Under the pieces are notes generated by a model. It saw nothing but the letters and a program-made list of their open reading frames with translations, made no database searches and was not told the origin of the DNA. This document shows, one piece after another, positions 1 to 10,423 of a DNA stretch of 64,000 nt; positions within the stretch are counted from its first letter, which is position 1, and every line of letters starts with the position of its first letter. Where the stretch lies: the NCBI GenBank assembly GCA_963844035.1, contig CAWJMT010000003.1, positions 64,001 through 128,000 on the forward strand. Direction: 5' to 3'. A program made the position numbers and the translations under genes. The DNA comes from an uncultured Gemmatimonadales bacterium (lineage in GTDB: Bacteria > Gemmatimonadota > Gemmatimonadetes > Gemmatimonadales > GWC2-71-9).

Positions 1-896
1 CTCATCGTGCTGCTGGCGACCGTGGTGCCGACGGTGCTGTGGGCGCGGCTCGACAACCGCTTCGTGCTCGTCGCGCTCTTCGCCACCTGTGGATGGGCGC
101 GATCGGCTTCGTGGACGACTACCTCAAGATCGTGCAGCGGCGCCGCGGGCCTCGTGGCCCGGTACAAGATGGCCGGGCAGGTCTCCTTCGGGCTCGCGCT
201 CGGGCTGGCCTGCTGCTCGTTCCCCTGGACGGCACGGTCCTGCGCCGTCGGCGACCACCGTGCCGTTCTTCAAGTACGTGTACGTGGTGAGGTTCTGGCC
301 GTCCCTTACGTCGTGTGGGTGACGTTCATCGTGACCGGCAGCTCCAACGCGGTGAACCTGACCGACGGCCTCGACGGCCTGGCGGCCGGCCTGTCCGCGA
401 TCGCCGCGGATCACCTTCGCGGCCTTCGCGTACCTCTTCGGCCGCGTGGACGCGTCGGAGTACCTCAAGGTCTTCTACCTGCCCGGCGCGGGCGAGCTGG
501 CGATCTTCTGCGCGAGCCTGATGGGGGCCTGCATCGGCTTCCTGTGGTTCAACGCCCACCCGGCGCAGGTGTTCATGGGCGACACCGGCTCGCTCGCCAT
601 CGGCGGCGCGCTCGGGACCGTCGCCATCCTCCTCAAGGCCGAGTTCCTGCTGGCTCATCGGGGCGGCGTGTTCGTGGCGGAAGCCGTCTCGGTGATGCTC
701 CAGACCAGCGTGTTCAGGTACCGCCGCCGGCGCTTCGGGCTGGAGTACGCGACAGCAGCACCGGTTGTTCCGGATGGCGCCGCTGCACCACCACTTCGAG
801 AAGCTCGGGTGGCCCGAGCCGACGGTGGTGACGCGGTTCTACATCCTCGGCCTGCTGTGCGCGCTCGTGGCGCTCTCCACGTTGAAGGTCCGGTGA
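1..896 (+). CDS. mraY: Phospho-N-acetylmuramoyl-pentapeptide transferase (5'-partial, frameshifted)
   Basis: [13 protein letters not shown] and [23 protein letters not shown] motifs in successive frames; MAPLHHHFE near the end; stop TGA at 894-896. Confidence 0.95.
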
Positions 897-2234
897 TCCC
901 CGACGCCTGGCGGAGCGGGGAAGCCGCGGTCGTCGGCCTGGCGCGGAGCGGCCGCGCCGCGGCGCGGCTGCTGGTCCCGCGGGGTTCGCGTGTACGCGTG
1001 CGATGCGTCGGGCGACCCCGGACTCGAAGCGCACGCGCACGAGCTGCGGGAGGCCGGCGTGCGAGGCCGCGCTGGGGGCCACGACCTCGAGCGCATCCGC
1101 GCGCGCGGCGGTGGTCGTGCTCTCGCCCGGCGTGCCGCCCGACGCGCCGCCCGTCGGGCCGCGGCGGACGCCGGCGTCCCCATCGTCTCCGAGCTGGACC
1201 TCGGCGCGCGGCTCCTGCCCGCACGCGGCTCATCTGCGTCACCGGCAGCAACGGCAAGACGACGACGACGGCGCTCGTCGCGCACCTGCTGCGCGCGGCG
1301 GGGCTGAGCGACGCGCCGCCGCCGGCAACATCGGCAACCCCGTGTGCGCCGGCGCGCTGCGCGCGGCCCCGGCGTGGCTCGCGGTGGAGTGCAGCTCGTT
1401 CCAGCTGCACGACGTCGCCGTCGCTCCACCCGGCGGCGGCGTCGTCACCAACCTCTCGCCCAACCACCTGGACCGGTACGCGAGCCTCGACGCCTACTAC
1501 GGCGACAAGCGGCTCCTCTTCCGGAACGCGCGACGACGCGAGCCGCTGGGTGGTGAACGGGGACGATGACGCGGTCCTGGACCTGGCCGGGGCGCGCGGG
1601 CAGGTCGAGCCGTTCTCCCTGTGACGCCGCCGGCGCCGGGTACTTCGACCGCGCCGCCGGGTGGCTGGTGCTGCGGGGCACGCCGCTCCTGCGCCGCGCC
1701 GAGTTCCCGCTCGCCGGCGACCACAACGTGCAGAACGCCCTCGCCGCGGCCGTCGCGATGCCGCCCGAGGCCGGACCGGCGCGGCGCCTCGCCGAGGGGC
1801 TGCGCACCTTCCGGCGCTGCGAGCACCGCCTCGAGCCGGTCCGCGAGGTGGGCGGCGTGCGGTGGATCAACGACTCCAAGTCCACCAGCGTGGCGGCCAC
1901 GGTCGTCGCGGTGCGCTCGATGGACCGGCCCGTTCGTGCTCCTGCTGGGCGGCCGGCACAAGGGCGCGCCCTACACCGACCTCCGGCCGCTGCTCGCCGG
2001 GGCGCGCGCGGTCGTGGTCGCGTACGGCGACGCGGCCCCCATCGTCGCCGCGGACCTCGCCGGCGCGGCGCCGCTCGAGCGGGGCGGGGACTTCGCGGAC
2101 GTGGTCGCGCGGGCGCGGCGCCCGGCCCGGCCGGGCGACGCCGTGCTCCTCTCCCCGGCCTGCTCGAGCTACGACATGTTCGACGACTACGAGGAGCGCG
2201 GCCGCTCTTCAAGCAGCTGGTCGAGGCCCTCTGA
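893..2234 (+). CDS. murD: UDP-MurNAc-L-Ala:D-Glu ligase (frameshifted)
   Basis: [43 protein letters not shown] and [12 protein letters not shown] across frames; dcw position. Confidence 0.93.
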
Positions 2235-3367
2235 TGGCGAAGCGCGAGTGGCTCTGGGCTGGGAGTCGCGCCTCCTCATCCTCATCGCCGCGATCCTCGT
2301 CGTGTTCGGCCTCGCCTCCATCTATGCGGCGTCGTCCACGCTGGTCGGAGCGCGGCGGCGAGGTCGGAACGGGGTTCGTGCTGCACCAGGTCGTCGGGGC
2401 GCTGGTCGGCGCCGTGCTGCTCCTGGTGCCGGCGCGATCGGACTACCTCGAGTGGCAGCGCGCCGCCTGGCCGCTCCTCGCGGTGACGGCGCTGATGCTG
2501 CTCATGCCGCTGCTGCCGTTCACCCACGGCGATCGCGCCGCCGATCAACGGCTCGCGGCGCTGGCTCAAGCTCGACGGCGTCTCGATGCAGGTCTCCGAG
2601 CTCGCCAAGCTCGCGGTCGTCCTCTGGACCGCGATGCTCTGCGCGAAGAAGGGCGACGAGGTCCGCCGGTTCCGGCGCGGCCTGCTGCCGATCCTCACGG
2701 TGCTGGCGCCGCTGCTCGCGCTCATCTTCCTCGAGCCGGACCTCTCGACGGCGGTGGAGGTCGGCTGCTCGCGATGGTGGTGCTCTTCGCCGCCGGGGCG
2801 CGGATCGGCCACTTCATCGTCCTCGCCGTCGGTGGCGCTCCGCTCCTCTGGCGCGGTCGAGGACGTGCAGTACCAGCTCGCGCGCGTGGTCACCTTCCTC
2901 GATCCGGGCGCGGACCGGCTCGAAGCGACCTATCAGGTGGACCAGTCGCTCATCGGGCTGGGCGCGGGCCGGTTGTTCGGCGTCGGCTTCGGCCAGGGGC
3001 AGCAGAAGCTCGGCTTCCTGCCGTATCCGTACAGCGACTTCATCTTCAGCACCATCGGCGAGGAGTGGGGCTTCATCGGCATCAGCGTGATCCTGCTGCT
3101 GTTCGCGACCTTCGTGTGGCTCGGCTTCCGCATCGCCCGCTCGGCCTCGGACCGGTTCGGCCAGCTGCTCGCGGTGGGGCTCACCGCGTTGATCGGGATC
3201 TCCGCGCTGCTGCACGTGGGGGTGACACTGGCGCTGCTGCCGGCGACCGGCGTGACGCTGCCGTTCATTTCGTTCGGGCGCTCGAGTCTGTTCATCTCGC
3301 TCGTGGTGACCGGCGTGCTGGTGAGCATCGCGCGCGGACGCGGGGCCCGCGGCGGGCGACCGTGTGA
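2234..3367 (+). CDS. ftsW: SEDS peptidoglycan glycosyltransferase FtsW (frameshifted)
   Basis: QVSELAK, EPDLST, LPYPYSDFIFSTIGEEWG and TGVTLPFISFGRSS; between murD and murG. Confidence 0.93.
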   Translation: MAKREWLWAGSRASSSSSPRSSSCSASPPSMRRRPRWSERGGEVGTGFVLHQVVGALVGAVLLLVPARSDYLEWQRAAWPLLAVTALMLLMPLLPFTHGDRAADQRLAALAQARRRLDAGLRARQARGRPLDRDALREEGRRGPPVPARPAADPHGAGAAARAHLPRAGPLDGGGGRLLAMVVLFAAGARIGHFIVLAVGGAPLLWRGRGRAVPARARGHLPRSGRGPARSDLSGGPVAHRAGRGPVVRRRLRPGAAEARLPAVSVQRLHLQHHRRGVGLHRHQRDPAAVRDLRVARLPHRPLGLGPVRPAARGGAHRVDRDLRAAARGGDTGAAAGDRRDAAVHFVRALESVHLARGDRRAGEHRARTRGPRRATV

Positions 3368-4452
3368 AGGTCGTGATCGCCGGCGGCGGCACCGGCGGCC
3401 ACCTCATGCCCGCCCTGGCGCTGGCGCAGGCGTTGCGCGACACGCGGGCCGACGTCGAGATCCTGCTCGTCGGCGCCGAACGCGGGCTCGAATCGCAAAT
3501 CCTCCCGCGCTACTCCGTATCCGTTCCGCCTGCTGCCGATGGAACCGCTGTACCGCCGCACGTGGTGGCGCAACGCGCGCCTGCCGCTGGTCGCGTGGCG
3601 CGTGTGGCGTGCGGTGGACCGGCTGCTCGACGCCGAACAGCCGGCGATCGTCGTCGGCACCGGGGGATACGCGGCGGGACCGACGGTGTGGCGCGCGCAG
3701 CGGCGCGGTGTGCCGACGGCGCTCCAGGAGCAGAATGCGTTTCCCGGGCTCGCCACCCGCTGGCTCGCGAAAGGCGCGCGCCAGATCCACCTGGGATTCC
3801 CCGAAGCGCGTGAGCGGCTCACGCTGGGGCGCGCCACCGAGGTGTTCACCTTCGGCAATCCGATCCGTCCACCCGAGCCCGGCGATCGCGCCGCCGCGCT
3901 GCGCGCGCTCGAGCTCGATCCGGGCGCGCCCGTGCGTGCTGGTGTTCGGCGGCAGTCAGGGCGCGCGGGCCGTCAACAACGCGCTCGCGGGCGCGCTCGA
4001 GCGCGACCTGCTGCCCACGACGAACGTGCTGTGGGGAACCGGAGCCGCATCCGCGGCGGCGCTGGCGCGCCACGCCCAGCCCGGCCGTGTGGTGGTGCGG
4101 GGATTTTTCGATCCCATGACGCCTGCGTATCGGGCCGCCGACCTCGTGGTGTGCCGCGCGGGCGCGATGACCGTGGCGGAGCTGTGCGCCTGGGGGAAGG
4201 CGAGCGTCCTCGTGCCGCTCCCCACCGCGGCCGCCGACCACCAGACGTACAACGCGCGGGCGCTCGCCGACGTCGGTGCCGCCGTGCTGCTTCCCGAGAG
4301 CGAGCTGAGTCCGGAGTCGCTCGCTGACGCTCGTGTCGCAGGTGATCGCGGATCGGGTCCGACTCGCGTCGCTGGGCGCCCTCGCCCGCGACCGGGGACA
4401 CCCCGACGCAGCCCGGGAAATAGCGTCAACAATCTTGACACTTACCCCGTGA
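3364..4452 (+). CDS. murG: Lipid II GlcNAc transferase (frameshifted)
   Basis: GGGTGGH, GTGGYAAGP, EQNAFPG, GGSQGA, RAGAMTVAEL and DHQTYNA; probable end AAREIASTILTLTP* at 4452. Confidence 0.93.
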
Positions 4453-4497
4453 CCTCTTTCGCAAGTTTCGTAGATTCTATATATTAGCCCTCCACTA

Positions 4498-5892
4498 ATG
4501 ACCTTGTTTGGAATGGGTGATCCCCGCCCGATTCACTTCATGGGTATTGGAGGCGCGGGGATGAGTGGCTTGGCGCAGCTGGCCAAGCATCAGGGTGTAC
4601 CGATTACCGGATGTGACAACGACCCATCGGGCGCCGCCGATTTGGCAGCCTCGGGGGTGGAGATCTGGCGGGGCCACGATCCTGGGCACGTGGCGGGAGC
4701 TCGTGCCGTAGTGGTGACCGCTGCAGTCGCGGGGCAGCACCCAGAACTAGAACGAGCGCGCGCCCAAGGGATTCCCGTGGTGCGCCGGGCCGACGCCCTC
4801 GGCCAGGCCGTCGCTGGGGGGACCGTGGTGGCGGTGGCCGGGACACACGGCAAGACGACCACCACGGTGATGATTACGGAAGCATTGGCGGCCGCCAGGC
4901 GAAATCCCACGGGACTCGCCGGCGGCCGCGTCGCTCAATGGGGCGGAAACGCCCGGATCGGCGGGCACGATCTCTACGTCGTGGAAGCGGACGAATACGA
5001 CCGCGCGTTCCTGTCGCTCGCGCCGGCGGTAGCGGTGATCAACAACGTGGAGGCGGACCATCTCGAGTGTTACGGATCGCTGGAGGCGCTCGAGCAGGCG
5101 TTCGCCGAGTTCGCGGGGCGGGCGACGCGCGTGATCGTGGGCGCGGACGACGCGGGCGCCCTGCGGGTCGCGGCGGTCCTGAAGGCTCCGGTGTGGCGGG
5201 TCGGCCTCGCGGATGACGCGGAGATCCGGATCAGCGCGGTGGAGCTCGCGCCCCAGGAATCCCGCGCGCAGGTGCGGCTGCCGGACGGCGCGGAGGTGAC
5301 GCTGCGGCTGCGCGTGCCCGGGCTGCACAATGTGCGCAATGCGGCGGCGGCGCTCGCGGTGACTCACGCGCTACAGGCGGACCGCGCGGCGGCGCTCACC
5401 GCGCTGGAGCGGTTCGGCGGCGTGGGGCGGCGGTTCGAGCGGTTGGGAGAGGCGGGCGGCGTGATGATCGTGGACGACTACGCGCACCACCCGACCGAAG
5501 TGCGCGCGACGCTCGCGGCGGCACGGCAAGCGTTCCCACGGCGCCGGCTCGTGGCGGTGTTTCAGCCGCACCTGTTTTCCCGTACCGCGTCGCACGGGGA
5601 AGCGTTGGGCCAGGCGCTGGCGGCGGCCGACGTCGTCGTGGTCGCGCCGATCTACGCGTCACGCGAGCAGCCGATGCCCGGCGTGACAGCGGAGATCGTC
5701 GCGCGCGGTGCGATCCGCGCCGGCGCCGCGACGACCGCGGTGCGCGAGCGCGCGAACGTGACCGACCGGGTGGCGCGGCTGGTGCAGCCGGGCGATGTAG
5801 TGTTCACGCTGGGCGCGGGCGACATCACGCGAGTCGGGCCGGAGCTGATCGAAAGACTGGGCAAGCGGGAAGGGGGAAGAGGGAAGCGTTGA
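4498..5892 (+). CDS. murC: UDP-MurNAc:L-Ala ligase
   Basis: Intact 464 aa ORF with HFMGIGGAGMSGLA, GTHGKTTT, EADEYD, DDYAHHPTE and FQPHLFSRT. Confidence 0.97.
   Translation: MTLFGMGDPRPIHFMGIGGAGMSGLAQLAKHQGVPITGCDNDPSGAADLAASGVEIWRGHDPGHVAGARAVVVTAAVAGQHPELERARAQGIPVVRRADALGQAVAGGTVVAVAGTHGKTTTTVMITEALAAARRNPTGLAGGRVAQWGGNARIGGHDLYVVEADEYDRAFLSLAPAVAVINNVEADHLECYGSLEALEQAFAEFAGRATRVIVGADDAGALRVAAVLKAPVWRVGLADDAEIRISAVELAPQESRAQVRLPDGAEVTLRLRVPGLHNVRNAAAALAVTHALQADRAAALTALERFGGVGRRFERLGEAGGVMIVDDYAHHPTEVRATLAAARQAFPRRRLVAVFQPHLFSRTASHGEALGQALAAADVVVVAPIYASREQPMPGVTAEIVARGAIRAGAATTAVRERANVTDRVARLVQPGDVVFTLGAGDITRVGPELIERLGKREGGRGKR
5859..5887 (+). repeat. Four-unit GGGAAGN-type array forming the murC C-terminus (GKREGGRGKR)
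   Basis: GGGCAAGC GGGAAGG GGGAAGA GGGAAGC read directly. Confidence 0.8.
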
Positions 5893-6632
5893 AGAAGAAG
5901 CGCCAGAGCCGACGCGCGCGACGGAGCGCGGGAGTGGTCGCGGCCGCGGTATTGACCGCGGGGTTGCTGTATGTCGGTGTGCCGCGCGTGCTCGAGCGCA
6001 TCCCGTTCTTCCGCGTGCGGCAGATCGATCTCGTCGGCGTGAAGTACCTGGCGCCCGACGCGCTGATCGCGGCGTTGCGGCTGCCGGCCGGCGCGAGCGT
6101 GTTTGGTGATACGCAGCTGCTGGCCGACCGGCTGAAAGGCGTTACCGGCGTGGCCGACGCCGCCGTGGTCCGGCGGCTGCCCGCGACGCTCGAGGTGAGG
6201 GTGAACGAAGTGGAGCCGGCCGCGTTCGTCCCCGCGACGCGCGGCGGCCGGCTGGTCGCGGTCGATGCCGCGGCGCGCCCGCTGCCCTTTGATCCCGAGC
6301 GTACCGGCCTGGATCTCCCGGTGGTCGCCAGTGCGGATGCCGGCGTGGTGGGGGTGCTCGCGGTGGTGCAGGCGGTGGACCCGGCGCTGTTTCAGCGCAT
6401 CACCGGTGCCCGCGGCTCGAAGCGCGGCGACGTCCTGCTCGAGCTCGACGCCCATCGCGTGCTGCTGCGGCCCGATGCGGGGCCGGACGTGATCCGCGCG
6501 GTGGCGCTCGTGGGACAGGATCTGACCTCCGTGGGACGCCCCTATGCGGAGCTCGACGCGCGTTTCGCCGGACAGGTCGTGGTGCGGCAGCGTGCGGTGC
6601 GGACCGCGGTGCGGACCAAGGGAGGGGTGTGA
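5889..6632 (+). CDS. ftsQ: Cell division protein FtsQ/DivIB
   Basis: Basic N-terminus, single TM, POTRA-like RRLPATLEVRVNE and ELDARF; precedes ftsA. Confidence 0.88.
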   Translation: MKKKRQSRRARRSAGVVAAAVLTAGLLYVGVPRVLERIPFFRVRQIDLVGVKYLAPDALIAALRLPAGASVFGDTQLLADRLKGVTGVADAAVVRRLPATLEVRVNEVEPAAFVPATRGGRLVAVDAAARPLPFDPERTGLDLPVVASADAGVVGVLAVVQAVDPALFQRITGARGSKRGDVLLELDAHRVLLRPDAGPDVIRAVALVGQDLTSVGRPYAELDARFAGQVVVRQRAVRTAVRTKGGV

Positions 6633-7885
6633 CGCGGGAGCGGCGGATCGTCGCGGGGCTGGACTTCGGAAGCACCAAGACGTGCGCCGTGATCGCCGAA
6701 GTGGTGGGCGATTGGCCGCGCGCGCCGATCGCCAAGATACTCGGCGTGGGGCTCGCGAAGAACGGCGGTGTGCGGCGCGGCATGGTGCGCGACATCGACG
6801 AAACGACGCGCTCGGTGGTGGCGGCGATGCGCGACGCCGAACGCATGGCGGGCGTCAAAGTCTCCGGGCTGACGTGCGGCGTGGCGGGTGAGCATGTGGC
6901 TGCCCAGCCTTCGACCGGTGTCGTGGCCGTCGGAAGCGACGAGATCACCGCGACGGACGTCGCGCGGGTGAACGAAGTGGCCCGCGCGGTTTCCTTGGCG
7001 AAGGACAGCGAGCTGCTGCACGACATCCCGCAGGAGTACCAGGTCGATCAGCAGCGGGGGATCTCCGATCCGATCGGCATGATGGGCACCCGGCTCGAGG
7101 TGGAGATGTACCTCGTGACGGTGCAGGCGACGGCCGCGCAGAACGTGCGCAAGAGCGTGCAGCGGGCGGGGTACCGCGTGGCGGACCTGGTGCTCGAGCC
7201 GCTCGCGGCTTCATACGCGGTGCTGACGGACGACGAGACGGAGCTGGGCGTCGGGCTGGTGGACGTGGGCGGCGGATCCACGGGGGTCGCGGTCTTTCAT
7301 GACGGAAAGATCCGGCACATCGCGACGATCCAGTATGCCGGGACGCAGGTCACCACCGACCTGGTGCAGGTGCTGGGCGTGACGCAGACCGACGGCGAGC
7401 GTCTCAAGGAGCGGCAGGGCGTGGCGTATGCGCCGCTCGTGGATTCGTCGGAGATGATCGACCTGCCGTCCACGCCCGGGCAGGGTCCGCGCCAGGTGGC
7501 GCGCGAGATGTTGTCGACCATTATCCACGACCGGCTCCACGAGATCTTCGACCTCGTGGGGCGCGAGTTCGAGCGGGCGGGGTTCGGCGGCCAGCGGCTG
7601 CCGGCCGGTGTGGTGTTGACCGGCGGCACGACCCACATGCCGGGCATGGTCGAGCTGGCCCGCGAGTCGTTCGCACTGCCGGTGCGGGCCGGAGTTCCCG
7701 AGCAAGGCATCTCGGGGTTGGTGGACAGCGTGCAGGCGCCCCGCTATGCGGTGGCGACGGGTTTGGTGCTGTATGCGGCGCATCAGCTGGCGCAGGGCGG
7801 CCCGGTGAGCGGGCCGGTGACAGGAAGCGGCGGCGTAGATAAAGTGTTCGGACCGCTCAAACGGTGGCTCCAGGACTTCTTCTGA
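6629..7885 (+). CDS. ftsA: Cell division protein FtsA
   Basis: GLDFGSTKT, VDVGGGST and GVVLTGG actin-like motifs. Confidence 0.97.
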   Translation: MTRERRIVAGLDFGSTKTCAVIAEVVGDWPRAPIAKILGVGLAKNGGVRRGMVRDIDETTRSVVAAMRDAERMAGVKVSGLTCGVAGEHVAAQPSTGVVAVGSDEITATDVARVNEVARAVSLAKDSELLHDIPQEYQVDQQRGISDPIGMMGTRLEVEMYLVTVQATAAQNVRKSVQRAGYRVADLVLEPLAASYAVLTDDETELGVGLVDVGGGSTGVAVFHDGKIRHIATIQYAGTQVTTDLVQVLGVTQTDGERLKERQGVAYAPLVDSSEMIDLPSTPGQGPRQVAREMLSTIIHDRLHEIFDLVGREFERAGFGGQRLPAGVVLTGGTTHMPGMVELARESFALPVRAGVPEQGISGLVDSVQAPRYAVATGLVLYAAHQLAQGGPVSGPVTGSGGVDKVFGPLKRWLQDFF

Positions 7886-7901
7886 TCGACCCGAGGGAAC
7901 C

Positions 7902-9068
7902 ATGATCTTCGAACTCGAAGAAAGCGTCTCGCAGAACGCGCGCATGAAGGTCGTCGGCATCGGCGGAGGCGGGGGCAACGCGCTCAACCGCATGGTCGAT
8001 GAGGGGCTCCCTGGCGTCGAGTTCATTTCCGTCAACACCGACGCGCAGGCGTTGCTCACCAACAAGTCGGACGTGAAGGTGCAGATCGGCAAGAAGCTCA
8101 CGCGCGGCCTGGGCGCCGGCGCCCGGCCCGAGATCGGCCGCCAGGCGATCGAGGAGAACCGCGACGAGGTGCTGCACGCGCTGCACGGCGCCGATCTGGT
8201 GTTCGTCACTTGCGGGATGGGCGGCGGTACCGGCACGGGCGCGTCGCCGATCATTGCGCAGCTGGCCCGCGATATCGGCGCGCTCACCATCGGCATCGTT
8301 ACCAAGCCGTTCCTGTTCGAGGGACGCAAGCGGATGCGCCAGGCCGAAATGGGCATCGCCGAGATGAAGAAGCACGTGGACACGATGGTGGTGGTGCCGA
8401 ACGAGCGGCTGCTGGCCGTGGTCGGGAAGGGGATCCCGTTCCAGGATGCCCTGAAGAAGGCCGACGACGTGCTGCTGCACGCCACCCAGGGGATCGCCAC
8501 ACTCATCTCCGTCACCGGAATCGTGAACGTCGACTTCGCGGACGTCCGCACGGTAATGCAGAGCGGCGGGTCGGCGATCATGGGGACGGGGACCGGGCGC
8601 GGCGAGAACCGGGCCATGGAAGCGGTGCAGCAGGCGATTTCGAGCCCGCTGCTCGACAACGTCTCCATCACGGGCGCCACGGGAGTGCTGATCAACATCA
8701 CCGGCGGCGAAGATCTCACCCTGGGCGAGGTGACGCAGATCTCCGACGTCGTCAAGGACGCCGCGGGCGAAGAGGCGGAAATCATCTTCGGGACCGTGAG
8801 CGATCCCGCCATGCACGGCGAGATCCGCGTCACCGTGATCGCCACGGGCTTCGACAAGCTGCCCGCGACCACGGATGCGAGCGGCCGGGCGGCGCCCGGC
8901 GTGCTGCCGTTCCGCGAGCGCGCGGCGCGGCCGACGCCCGGCCCCGTGCCCGGGTACGTGAAGCCGGCCGAGACAGGCGGAGTCACCAAGCGTCCGGTGG
9001 CGCAGCCGCCGGTCGCCGACGTCAACGAGCTCGAGATTCCCACCTTCATCCGGCGCCAGATGGACTGA
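7902..9068 (+). CDS. ftsZ: Cell division GTPase FtsZ
   Basis: GGGTGTG tubulin signature, NVDFADV and C-terminal LEIPTFIRRQMD. Confidence 0.99.
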   Translation: MIFELEESVSQNARMKVVGIGGGGGNALNRMVDEGLPGVEFISVNTDAQALLTNKSDVKVQIGKKLTRGLGAGARPEIGRQAIEENRDEVLHALHGADLVFVTCGMGGGTGTGASPIIAQLARDIGALTIGIVTKPFLFEGRKRMRQAEMGIAEMKKHVDTMVVVPNERLLAVVGKGIPFQDALKKADDVLLHATQGIATLISVTGIVNVDFADVRTVMQSGGSAIMGTGTGRGENRAMEAVQQAISSPLLDNVSITGATGVLINITGGEDLTLGEVTQISDVVKDAAGEEAEIIFGTVSDPAMHGEIRVTVIATGFDKLPATTDASGRAAPGVLPFRERAARPTPGPVPGYVKPAETGGVTKRPVAQPPVADVNELEIPTFIRRQMD

Positions 9069-10345
9069 TGGCCTGGCGACCCAGCCACTACGTGGCGACC
9101 GCAGCGCTGGCCGCCGCCGGATTGGTCTGGGCCGCGCGGGACGCGTGGCCCGGGCGGCGTCCCCTCGTGGCGCCGCCGATTCGCGTGGCCAACGCCTACG
9201 TCGAGTACGAGCGGGCGTTGGGGCGCTCTGAGACGTTCTCCGATCTCCTGGCGCATGGCGGCATCGTGGGGCACGATCGCAACGCGCTGCTCGCCGCGGC
9301 CACCGACCTTCCGGTGCGCCGGCTGCGCCCGGGCCTCGTTTTCCATTTCCGGCGGTTGCACACCGACAGCGTGGCGGACCGGGTGACCGTACGCGTTTCC
9401 CCGGAGCGGCGGGTGCGTCTCTCCCGTGACGACCCCGGCTGGCGCCAGGTAACCGAAGCGATCCCGTGGTCGCTCACGCGCATGCGGGTGACGGGAACGA
9501 TCGGGACGTCGCTGTACGATGCGTTGGACAAGGCCGTGCCCGACGCCGTGCTGCCGCTGGGCGAGCGGCGCAGCCTCGCGTGGGCGATCGCCGAGGTATA
9601 CGACTGGCAGGTGGACTTCACGCGCGACGTCCACCCGGGCGACCGGTTCCGCGTGTTGTTCGAGCGGCTCGAGTCACCCGAGGGCGAATACCGCTTCGGC
9701 CGCGTGCTCGCCGCCGAGGTGCACGTGGCTCGGGTGCCGGCGTACGCGTTCTCCTTCGCCGCCGACGCGTCGGAGCCCGCGAGCTTCTACGACGAGCGCG
9801 GCCGCTCGCTCAAACGCGCGTTCCTCCGGGCGCCGCTCCAGTTTCGCCGTGTCTCGAGCGGTTTCGGAGCGCGCTACCACCCGCTGCTGCACGTGTGGCG
9901 CACGCATGAAGGCATCGACTTCGCCGCCCCGTATGGCGCGCCGGTGCGTGCCACGGCGGACGGCAGTGTGGCGACGCTGGGGCGCGGCGACCCCGGGTAC
10001 GGCAACCTGATCGAGCTGCGCCACGCGAACGGCATCCGCACGCGCTACGGCCACCTGTCGGGGTTCGCGCGCGGCCTGCGAGTGGGCGACCGGGTGCAGC
10101 AGGGCGAGACGATCGGCTACGTCGGCTCGACCGGGTTATCCACCGGGCCTCATCTCCATTACGAGTTTCTCGTGAACGGCCGGCCGGCCAATCCGCGGCG
10201 CAAGGACATGGGTGCGGGTACGCCCGTCCCCAAGAGTCTCAGCGCCGCCTACGACTCTGTGCGGTTCCACCTGCTCGCCGATCTCGAGACACAGTCTACG
10301 GTCACGCCCACCGCGTCTCCGACCGTCGCCGCGCGCGACGACTAA
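9068..10345 (+). CDS. M23-family peptidoglycan endopeptidase (MepM/Csd3-like)
   Basis: ATG overlaps the ftsZ stop; HEGID, YGHLS and STGPHLHYE zinc motifs. Confidence 0.9.
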   Translation: MAWRPSHYVATAALAAAGLVWAARDAWPGRRPLVAPPIRVANAYVEYERALGRSETFSDLLAHGGIVGHDRNALLAAATDLPVRRLRPGLVFHFRRLHTDSVADRVTVRVSPERRVRLSRDDPGWRQVTEAIPWSLTRMRVTGTIGTSLYDALDKAVPDAVLPLGERRSLAWAIAEVYDWQVDFTRDVHPGDRFRVLFERLESPEGEYRFGRVLAAEVHVARVPAYAFSFAADASEPASFYDERGRSLKRAFLRAPLQFRRVSSGFGARYHPLLHVWRTHEGIDFAAPYGAPVRATADGSVATLGRGDPGYGNLIELRHANGIRTRYGHLSGFARGLRVGDRVQQGETIGYVGSTGLSTGPHLHYEFLVNGRPANPRRKDMGAGTPVPKSLSAAYDSVRFHLLADLETQSTVTPTASPTVAARDD

Positions 10346-10410
10346 TGCCGTTCCAACCTCGTCCGTCTCGGCCTACGGTTGCCCACCTCGTAGGGTTGGA
10401 ACGGCACTAG
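10342..10410. repeat. Palindromic MITE/REP-like element with 17-bp terminal inverted repeats (one mismatch)
   Basis: CTAATGCCGTTCCAACC ... GGTTGGAACGGCACTAG. Confidence 0.65.
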
Positions 10411-10423
10411 CTTTTTCACCGGT

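Noticed and set aside
4435..4440. Perfect TTGACA at the murG 3' end as a -35 box
   Set aside because: No -10-like hexamer at 16-18 nt spacing, and it lies in coding sequence
2586..4487. Apparent FtsW-MurG fusion ORF
   Set aside because: MurG has its own start at 3364 with GGGTGGH; the read-through arises from indels
7211..9634. 807-aa minus-strand ORF and other long antisense ORFs
   Set aside because: Shadows of ftsA/ftsZ and other genes; stop codons are rare at this GC content and no motifs are recognisable
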